From Octopus sinensis (taxonomy: Eukaryota): a stretch of 64,000 bases of DNA. The stretch covers positions 114,514,001 through 114,578,000 of the forward strand of contig NC_043000.1 of assembly GCF_006345805.1 (NCBI RefSeq). The letters run 5' to 3'. The translations under genes were made by a program, and so were the position numbers. The notes below the pieces were generated by a model. That model did not search any database. It was given only the letters and a program-made list of their open reading frames with translations, and was not told the origin of the DNA. This document shows positions 54,496 to 64,000 of the stretch, in pieces. The first letter of the stretch is position 1, and every line of letters begins with the position of its first letter.

Positions 54496-54869
54496 TGTAT
54501 GTATGCGCGTATGGGTAAACTTTAGCTGGGTGGTCTAGTTGGCAGCTTTCTGAGTGTTTATCTCTCTGTTAAGTTGTCGAGGGAAACTGTGTGATTGCTC
54601 GATCTTCTAAAAATAGCAGCACAACATCACACCTGATGCCATTCAAAATGGAAGAACACATTAGATCGACGTTTCTCAACCACTTTGTTTCCCATTTTAT
54701 TCGGGTGGACCCTCATAGCCATTCGACATGCAAAAACCCTATAATTTTTTTTAAATAATTAAATATTATTAAGAATTGTATGATAAATTAAACTATTTAT
54801 AACCAATTTATTACAATGAAATTTTAACAGTTAAAAAATTGGCATTCCTTCGTTAGTAGGAGCAAACCA

Positions 54870-55235
54870 CCAATAGAAGAGAATATGACCAAAGACTGTG
54901 TGTACTCCATCCTATGCAGCTGTGGCAGGTTATACAAAGGCGAAATGTGCCGCCCCCTCAAAATAAGGGTAGAGGAACATCGCAAAGGTGTGACAGGAGG
55001 AGATATTGATAAATCGGATTTATAGCTGATCATGTATGGAAAAATGAAGACCACCTCCCCCAATGGGATGAAGTTAAAATAATAGACAGAGAACACTACT
55101 GGAAAATACGAAAACTAAAAGCAGCAGTACATACAATAGGACATAACAACCTCCTAAGCAGACCGAGTGCTGATATGAATAGCATATGGGAACCGGTATT
55201 AAGGAAGGATAGGAGAATATTGGACTTATAAGCCC
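54870..55235 (+). mobile_element. Penelope-like GIY-YIG endonuclease fragment
   Basis: CVYSILCSCGRLYKGEMCRPLKIRVEEH...ADHVWK..WDEVKIIDREHYWKIRKLK. Confidence 0.85.
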
Positions 55236-55259
55236 TAAAATTAACTCAATAATTGCCCA

Positions 55260-55355
55260 CGGACATATGGTGTAGTGGTTAAGAGCGCGGACTACTAACC
55301 CCAAGACTCCGAATTCGATTCCAGTGACACGAATAATAATAATAATAATAATGAT

Positions 55356-55391
<36 letters not shown>

Positions 55392-55508
55392 AACCCAGGT
55401 TCGAAATTTCCCCAAGACACGTTGTGTTAACAACAAACAAGATGAGAACGAATATCCGTCAAATATAAATAATGTACATAACTCATTATCTCTTAGATAT
55501 AGAACTGA
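55260..55508 (+). mobile_element. tRNA-derived SINE-like element with internal (AAT)n
   Basis: tggtgtagtggttaagagcg A box and aattcgattcc B box. Confidence 0.55.
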
Positions 55509-56754
55509 ACACACCTTCACTCACTCAGTCTCTTTCTCCCTCACAAGCACACACTCTCGTCCTCTCTTTCTCCTCTCTTTCAAATTCCTGCTCGCCTTCC
55601 AAAGAGGAGTAAAAAAAGAAAAAAAATTTCGGAAATTAACGAACAAAACCATGTAAATAACACCTATACTGCTAGAAATAAGAGCTGAAGGACTTTGTTG
55701 TTGCTATCAACGCATCGTCAGAAAGATCGGCACAGATCGCCAACATCTGGAACAACCAAGCTGCGAGCGTATATGTTTACTTCCTAAAAATTGATGGATG
55801 ATTTAGCGAATCGCTAATGTGTATACAAATAATTAAATGAGGCAGCTAATTAGCGAAGTTTAGCCAAAATGGAAAACAATAAATGCCATTAAAAATGACT
55901 GAGGGTGTAAGAACATTTACACTGCTAGCAAAATATATATATAAGAAACCTTCTCACTGAGTTACATTTTTGTGAACCTTAAAGTAGAAAATAATCAAAT
56001 TCCTATATCGACAACATCATGACCTGAAGTTAATACTCCTGAATAAATTACAAACTTTTACATGTTTAACTGAATTCTGAACAATAACCTCTGTCTTCCC
56101 CAAACAAGCAGTTTAAATCACTTACATTCTTTTGCGAACCATAAAAAGCAATCCCACGACCTGGAGCTGACACATCTAAATACACACATCTGATTACGAG
56201 GTTTTATACACATGACTGAACTCTGAAGAATAACACAACTCCAACTTAAAATGATAAAACCTTCTATAATACCTTTTTATCAGAACACAACCTAATTATG
56301 ATTCAACATATCTCATACGTTGAAAAACAAAACTTCACAGAGACCATATAAAGTCAAGATGGAATCAAATCAATTAGGGAAGAACTTCGAAGTCACTGTT
56401 ACTACTATTTTTGTGAAAGTGTAATAAATACGTAATCTACAAAAGCGTGTTGAGTAACCGTCCAGTTTAACACAAAATTGTAATCAAATTGACTTAAAAA
56501 CGAACATTAATATATATCTATATATATATAAATGTGTGTGTGTAAGATTATTTTTTGACGGCCTAGCTTAAGGTAGCAAACACGTGACCTAAGACCTTTC
56601 CGTGGTCACTTAAAGGTCAGTCCTCTGTTTAGGATTTGACCTGCAACCTAGCATAGTCTATATAACAGGGGCCATTTCCTTTCTCGCTCTCTTTTGTGTC
56701 AGCCATGACCAGGAGCAACACTTCACTTTACCCTTCAGTCACCATTCTTTCATT

Positions 56755-57155
56755 CTTATGCTTGTTTCAGTCATTTGACTGCAGCCATGCTGGAGCACTA
56801 CCTTGAAAGGATTTTAGTCGAAAAAATCGACCCCAGGGATTTTTTAAAGCCTAGTACTAATTCTAGCGATTTCTTTGCGAAACTACTAAGTTATGGGAAT
56901 CCAAATACACCATCAATGGTTGTCAAGCAGTGATGAGGGGACAAACACAGAAGCAAAGACAACACACACACACGCACACACAAATATTATATATTCGACG
57001 GGCTTCTTTTAGTTTTCGTCTACCAAATCCACTCACAAGGTTTTGGTCGGCCCAAGGCTATAGTACGAGACGTCTACTCATGTTGCCACGTAGCGGGACT
57101 GAACCCAGAACATGTTGTTGGGAAGTAAGCTTCTTACGAAACATCCACAGCTATG
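56755..57155 (-). mobile_element. SINE family A, older copy
   Basis: Reverse complement of the A consensus. Confidence 0.8.
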
Positions 57156-57182
57156 CCTACCGATCTGTGTGTCTATCTATCT

Positions 57183-57227
<45 letters not shown>

Positions 57228-57234
57228 TTATCTA

Positions 57235-57281
<47 letters not shown>

Positions 57282-57304
57282 TTCTCTTTCTCTCCCTCTC
57301 TCTC

Positions 57305-57392
<88 letters not shown>

Positions 57393-57730
57393 AAGCAACA
57401 AGAGATCCAGAGGTAATGCAGCACGATCGTTTCATGCAACTCCATTTAATTGAACAATGCAATCATTACATCAATTTAAAATGCAGAGTAATCATCAGCT
57501 GCACAAATGCATAGAATTTAATTAAACTAGAACAGATGGACACATTAGTATAATTATACCGACCATGCTGTCTAGTATAGAAGTTACTGTTCTAATTTAA
57601 TTAATTTCTACGTCTTTGTGCAGCTGAAGAATCCTCTGCATTTTAAATTGATGCAATGATTGTATTGTTCAATTAAAAGGAATTGCATAAAACGATCGTA
57701 CTGCATTACCTCTGGATATTCTTGTTGCTT
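57393..57730. repeat. Long inverted repeat P4 (arms 57393-57535 and 57587-57730), each arm with a long-stem-II HHR motif
   Basis: Consensus ugcag CUGAnGA ... GAAA cgaucg UA cugca; motifs at 57417-57503 (-) and 57619-57705 (+). Confidence 0.85.
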
Positions 57731-57884
57731 ATTTTGATTTTAATCACCTTAATTTGAAATTGTATGGATAATACCGTACTAAATTCTGGTGCCTCAACTT
57801 AAGTACCATATTCATCTGAATCTAAAAAAAAATTATATATATTGATGATGGGAGATAATGAAAACGCTTGGAACATCACACACA

Positions 57885-57928
<44 letters not shown>

Positions 57929-58759
57929 CAATGTATACATATATAGTGTAGGCACATGCATGGTGCAGTATTGAATGTATCGTCAGTGAATCTGTGAGTG
58001 GAATGTGACCTCATTGTTTGAATCAATACCACCACTCCCTCTAAATACAAACGCACACGCACACACACGCATAGAGACTTCGTCATTCATTGTTTCATGT
58101 AATTTCACTCGCTAAAACATTTTAATGTCGACAAGCAGACGTTGACTCGATGATTAGTTATCACCTCAACTCACAACCGAAAAGTCATTGCCTTCTACCG
58201 CCCACTATGTTTGTGGTGTACGGAAAATAAAATTCGCCACGACTCACGTACGCTATTCGTGATGAAAATTAATATTTAAGTTAGTACAAATATATAAATA
58301 TATTTTATGCAGCGAATATCAAGAATCTAAATAAATTATAATTATTTATATTGGTTATTGCACTATTGTTATCTTTTCTTCCTCCCATAATTATTTTTTG
58401 ATTAAATTTTTAAAATTCTCACTGTATTGAATACGACATTAACTTCACTATCGCTTTACCCGAGGATGGGTACCCTGAAAAATTTATATATATATATATA
58501 TATAAACACAGGTATTCTGCCACAGATATAACAAAAGGAAACAATGTAAATATTTTGGTCTCCATTATTGATGTAAATTTGTTTTAAAATGGTTCAACGT
58601 TTGTGTTTGAAGTCTATGCGGTCACCCGACGAGAACGGTTTCTTTCAAATTAATGTAATGTTTTCATTAATCAATTAAATGGAGCCGCTTGTAATGGTTG
58701 TAATTGCTTTCTCGGTTGTCAAGGCAAATGATAACTGGCAAAGCAACAGTGCCCTAATG

Positions 58760-60595
58760 CTGACATTGGATACAATGACCTGATCTACAATAATGCGCTG
58801 ATTGAAATCGAGGACGCCCTGCTCAAAATGGGTGGGGCAGCGTTGAACACATTCGGTTTGCTGTCCTCATTGCGACAGGACGTTAACACACTCCCACCGA
58901 AGTTACTTCTGGAGTTGTCGTATGACGCTGATGGCCTTGCGGAGTACCTGAGAGTAAATGAACCGAAATTGCTCCCTGATCAGAGGCTGGTGTACGAAAC
59001 TGTTGAAAAACATTTTTTTCCTCAATGCTGCTAGAGGTACCGGCAAATCCTTTGTAACACAATTAATACTCGCTAAGATTCGTCGCGAGAAACAAATTGC
59101 GCTAGCCGTTGCTTCCTCGGGAAACGCTGCTACGTTATTGCCTATTGCCGGGAGGTAGGACGGCCCACTCGGCATTCAAGCTGCCTTTACATTTGGTGAG
59201 GGCCGAGGTTTATACTTGCAACATTGGCAAAAATTCAGAGGAAGCTAAGTTCTTAGATAGTACCGTCTCATTGTATGGGACGAATGTACAATGACTAATA
59301 AGGGTGCCCTTGAGGCACTGAACCGGTCACTGAAAAGTATCAGGGATTCTACAGCTTCTATGGGTGGTGTAACTCTATTGTTTTCAGGAGATTTCCGGCA
59401 AACCCTTCCTGTCATTCCTAAAGGGAGCCGGGCTGATGAAGTGAACACATGCCTCAAGTCATCCACCTTGCGGCTCCAGGTTAAGACCTTAAGCCTAAGC
59501 ACAAACATGCGTGTGCACTTGCTTGGTGATAGCACGTCTGCAGCATTTGCTGAAGACATTTTACCCCTTGGAGAAGGCAAGATCCCTAGGAATGATAGGG
59601 GCGACATATCCATCTCTGAACTGTGCAACACCGTGGACAACCCTTCCGATCTGTTGGAAACAGTGTTCCCCAATCTGGAAAGTAATTATGCAGGCATCAA
59701 TTGGCTCAGTGAAAGAACCATCATGGCCACCAAAAACGTAGCTGTCAGTGCTATCAACGACCAGCTCATAAGCCGAATTCCGGGTGAGGAGCGCATCTAC
59801 AAATCGATTGACCGGACCTCTGACCCTCAAGACATTTTCAGTTACCCTATCGAGTTTCTTAACTCATTGGATCCAGCAGGGCTCCCACCTCACATTCTTA
59901 GGCTAAGGGTTGGATGCCCAATTATGCTAATCAAAAACTTGCTTCCGCCTAAACAGTGCAACTGGACCCGCTTAGTATTCAAGTCTCTGACGCCCCACTT
60001 GATTGAGGCCACCATTGTTACAGGGTGCGGGAGGGGTGAAAATGTTTTCATTTCAAGGATGCAGCTTTATCCCTTGGGGTCAGACATGCCATTTAACTTC
60101 CGCAGATCGCAGTTCCAGGTGAGACCATACTTCGCCATGTCCATCAACAAATCCCAAGGCCAAACACTATCGGTGGCAGGCATCCATTTGGGGGTTTTCG
60201 ATTCAACCAGGATAAAAATTAATAAACCGATTCCTTATAGGATTTTCCACTAAAATTGGCTACACCCCATTTTCAACCATAACTTTTACCAATTTTGACA
60301 CATTTTGCTCAAACTTGATGCCAGCATTACTTAGGACTCATGGGATCTTTGAATGCTTTAAGTTCTTAAAAAAGCCCCCACAAAAAAATCGATGAGTGGA
60401 AATAATCGATAAACCGATTCCTTATGGGATTTCCTAATCAAATTGCCTGCAACCCATTTTCAGTCAAACGTTTACCAATTTCAACGGATTTCGCTCAAAT
60501 TTGATGTGGATGTCACTTATTTTGGTTTGAAATAAAGCGCTTGATTACTTAACAATCCTAATTTAATCCCGGGCAACGCCGGGCTATACTGCTAG
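58760..60595 (+). mobile_element. Helitron remnant: Pif1-family helicase pseudogene plus 3' terminus
   Basis: GTGKS, AVASSG.AA.LL, GRTAHSAFKLP, WDEC.M, GDFRQTLPV and FAMSINKSQGQTL, with frameshifts. Ends cccgggcaacgccggg..CTAG|t at 60595. Confidence 0.95.
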
Positions 60596-62289
60596 TATAT
60601 CATAATATGTTTATATATAATATTTTGAATACTACTGTATGTCACTAAAAATACATTAACAAAAACAAACGTTACTTCATGGATAATTAACGAAGTAGAA
60701 AGAATACATTTATTGAGATATGTACACCCTGAGGTTGATGGATGCGCGCGTGTATGCTGGAATGTATGTACATGTGCGCGCGTGTGTGTATAAACGCACG
60801 AGCCGTTACGCAAATACGTATACATGTACGTTTGGATTTTATAGGTGTATGAGTGAACAGGTATAGGAATGAACGTATGCCTGATACTGTATAAATGTGG
60901 GTACATATGCGAACGTATGAGAGCACGTGTGTGTGTGTGTGTGTTTGTAGGTCTGTGTGTTGTGCGTGCAAGCGCGCCTGTATATATATATATACTTATT
61001 ATATATAAGTATGAATGTATCTATCATAGGTGATACCTGACAACCTGGTGTACTATTGATGTAGCTCGTGCCAAAATTTATACAACTCCTGCTTAAACAT
61101 AGCTACAACCTTAAAATGCCTGCAACGAAAGAATTTTAATATCATTATTCAACAGGTCTCATCTATATTGTCCCCCTCTCTGACTATTTCGCCTGTATTT
61201 ATTCTTCCTTTCTTTTTCTAATATCCTTTCCTCGCTTTAAACTTAATCTAATTTTCCTCCACCGACCTCGTGCTATCAATATTACTTCCCCTTGGAGTAA
61301 TATTGAATAAAAAAAGAAAAGGCTTTTCTTTTTTCTTCTTTTTCGTCCTTTCTTGTATATTTTATTTCTTTTGGATATCTAACAATAAAGACAATCGTAG
61401 CAAGATCTCATTCTCAAAATGAAGTGCGCGAATAATAACATTTCTGGCCAAAATCAAAATTTTTAGCAAGACACCACTTTATATATGAATATGCTTGATG
61501 TGACACAGACTGCAAGATTAATGCTACATAGTATAATGCACAGGATCCTCCCACCTATAAAGGACAGATACAGGATGGATCGAAACGATCGTCTACAAAA
61601 TAAAGAGTTATACCAATTCCATCTCCCGTTTGCTTAATCGATTTGATATATATATATATATATATACACATAGTCAATTCAACGAACAAACAATTAAAAA
61701 ACGAATAAAAAATAGGAAAGAGAAAAAAACGAGTGTGAGGGCGTGCATAAGAACTGTATTAATTTAACGCTCGGTGAAAGGAGAGAGTTTTTAATGTTTT
61801 GGGCATGGATCTTTGTCGGAAAAGAGAAAGGGAAAAATCCAAAGGAAAAGAAGGAAAATCGCCATATAAATATATGTCTTACTGGAAAGCAATAGTACTG
61901 TATTCCACTATTTAACAATTTTTTCTTTGAAAACTTTTTCACTGTTCTCGGTCTGATAACTACCAGGCGTTCAGACGAGTAATACCAGCATTGATGTAGT
62001 GACATTTGAAATTTTGTTTAGGTGAATCTAGCCGAAGAGAACTAATCAAATTTACGCTAACAAACGTAGTTTGGAAAGTTCGAAACTTAGGTCCTGGATT
62101 ATCCACATCTGGGTTGTACATTTATTTAATGTTCTTCCTACAAGTAAGATGAATTTTTTTTATGTTCGCCACCCGCAGACATCTTTGCCAGTATATATAT
62201 CCAGTATATTATCGACTGCTATTTCACACATCCTGTTGACTGTTCCTTCGTATGTGATAAAAATTACCATTCTCTTTTTTCATTATAAT

Positions 62290-63056
62290 ACAACACTCTA
62301 GGTGTTAAATAGAGAAGTTTTATCACCAAATACGTTAGACAGTAATTCTATGGTTTCTTTAAAACAAATTTCATTGGTTTTTTGGGGGGTGGGTAATATG
62401 AAATTACAATAACGTTCATGCTCTAACGGAGCAAATTTTCGCAATAACAATCTCACTTTTTGTCCGTCCTACCGTGATTTGCAATCTTGCTTAAATATCT
62501 CCTCGTACCTTATGTAGTACGATGCAAAAGTTATACCTTCCTCTGTATTATAACTGAATTCATTAATCGAGTTCGAAACACCGTCTGGCGAAAACGAACT
62601 TACCTCATTTTTGGGCTTCTCTGAAAATAGCTCCAATAATTGTTGTTGTAGTTGCTGCTGTAATAGTTGCTTCTGTAACTCCTGTTGCTGCTCTTGTTGT
62701 TGCTGTTGCAACTGTATTATGGAAGCTAATAGGTCTTTTATTATTTAAGAAGTTGTATCACAAACAAATTGTTAAATAACCTACGCGAACTTCGAAACCC
62801 TCATCGCCAGATGTTGTAATGTAATTCGTTACGTACAATAAATAAGATAACCAGACAACAGTAAGAACAATGTAACCAACTAACAAATCTCTTTACGAAC
62901 CAACACTCAATAATCCTTGTGAACAACCGACACCTTCCGACTTCACTGCAAACTAACACGAACTTTACTCGACTTCTCACTTGGATCGTTTCTATTTATA
63001 CTTTACTCGGACCAGTCCATCTCTCGCAAGGGGGCGTTGTAACTCTCATCACAACA
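62290..63056 (-). mobile_element. Gypsy-like LTR retrotransposon 5' remnant (LTR 62812-63056, PBS, gag start)
   Basis: LTR bounded by TGTTGT...ACAACA and followed by PBS TGGCGATGAGG. Gag-like MQQQ...F.Y..EEGITFASYY.RYEEIF..KVRLLLRK..HERYCNFILP. Confidence 0.85.
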
Positions 63057-63209
63057 CATACGCATACACGTATTTATTTACATAATTGATGCTTTGTTTC
63101 TGAGTTGGATACCATCTCTTTCTCTGCTGGTGATGACTCTATAGAACAAATCAGAAGACACATACACACACAATCAAAACCGAATATACATATTGGAACG
63201 TGTACTTAC

Positions 63210-63295
63210 GCTCGTAATTCTTTATTTCGTTTCTCTCTCATCTTCAACATATCCCGTTTTGCTTCCGCATAAGCTTCGCATGCTTTAACTTCCTC
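63210..63295 (-). CDS. CFAP210: Internal coding exon of a host coiled-coil gene, CFAP210/CCDC173-like (upstream exon)
   Basis: Minus strand: ttcttttgtgacag|GAGGAA...TTACGAGC|gtaagt. 86 nt, phase 0 to phase 2, encoding EEVKACEAYAEAKRDMLKMREKRNKELR. The trailing GC plus the first G of exon 28923 gives GCG. Gene name rests on recalled similarity, not a search. Confidence 0.75.
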
Positions 63296-63544
63296 CTGTC
63301 ACAAAAGAATACCATAGAAAGTTAACACTTCAAAAATATGTTTGTCAATTGTTTCTTTTACGTGAAGATAATCATGAAGCCATACTCTGAGTCCATAACA
63401 TATCACCACAATATGGTCAGTGGGTACCTTTAATGGAGAGTACCTTCATTCTACTCGAATCAAACTACTGGTTCTCATTCTTTAAAGATTGGACGGAAAG
63501 GGGTGGGGGAAAGGGTATCTTTTTTCTTCCCAAATGTAAATAAA

Positions 63545-63770
63545 CCCTCTCTGTGTTTAGCCCCTAGTGGGTAGTAAAGAAATAGGTATTTCGTCTGCCG
63601 CTGCGTTCTGAGTTCAAATTCCGCCGAGGTCGACTTTGCCTTTCATCATTTCGGGGCCGATAAATTAAGTACCAGTTACGCACTGGGGTCGATGTAATCG
63701 GCTTCATCCGTTTGTCTGTCCTTGTTTGTTCCCTCTGTGTTTAGCCCCTTGTGGGTAGTAAAAAAATAGG
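63545..63770 (+). mobile_element. SINE family B, partial dimer
   Basis: Tail joined to a headless unit at gaaata|ggtatttcg. Confidence 0.85.
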
Positions 63771-64000
63771 TTTGTTCAATCAGAAAAGAGATCGATGTAA
63801 CTGCTCTGATTAGCTAATAAGTAAATTTGAATTTGTGTTACATGTATAAGATTTCAAAGTGTTCAAAGTTCCGATCACAAGGTAACGCAGTATTTCCCCC
63901 ATTAACAAAAGAGCTGGTTCAAATCATTCTCTTGTAACATTTGAAAGTCTTGAATAATTTGTTTGTGATTGATTAACACTTCGTTTTTACCATTCACCAA

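Noticed and set aside
59291-60253. 320-aa Pif1-like ORF as a cellular helicase gene
   Set aside because: Intronless, frameshifted upstream, lacks motif VI and ends in a Helitron terminus.
62469-62711. Poly-Q ORF as a host exon
   Set aside because: Follows an LTR and PBS and matches a Gypsy gag N-terminus.

Overview
Repeat-saturated, AT-rich animal genomic DNA. The long (TA)n/(TATG)n/(TATC)n/(AAT)n tracts and SINE families look like an octopus genome (inference). Nearly all ORFs in the supplied track are microsatellite artefacts. Two phase-compatible coding exons of one host gene lie on the minus strand (63295-63210 and 28923-28731, ~34.3 kb intron); the spliced peptide is a coiled coil resembling CFAP210/CCDC173. 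The rest is decayed mobile DNA: Penelope-like elements (RT and GIY-YIG fragments), R4/Dong-like RLE LINEs, CR1-group LINEs, a Helitron Pif1 remnant with two non-autonomous partners, a Tc1/mariner deletion derivative, a Gypsy LTR-gag remnant and several SINE families. The main unannotated signal is more than ten hammerhead-ribozyme (HHR) motifs from several unrelated short repeat families. They include rare U3-A8 and G3-C8 core covariants, long-stem-II forms, a possible type II form, a 356-nt terminally redundant retrozyme-like unit, and four long head-to-head fold-backs that turn just upstream of the ribozyme core. Two SINE tails also match LINE-type 3' ends present in the window. All folds and alignments were done by eye, and TE boundaries are approximate.
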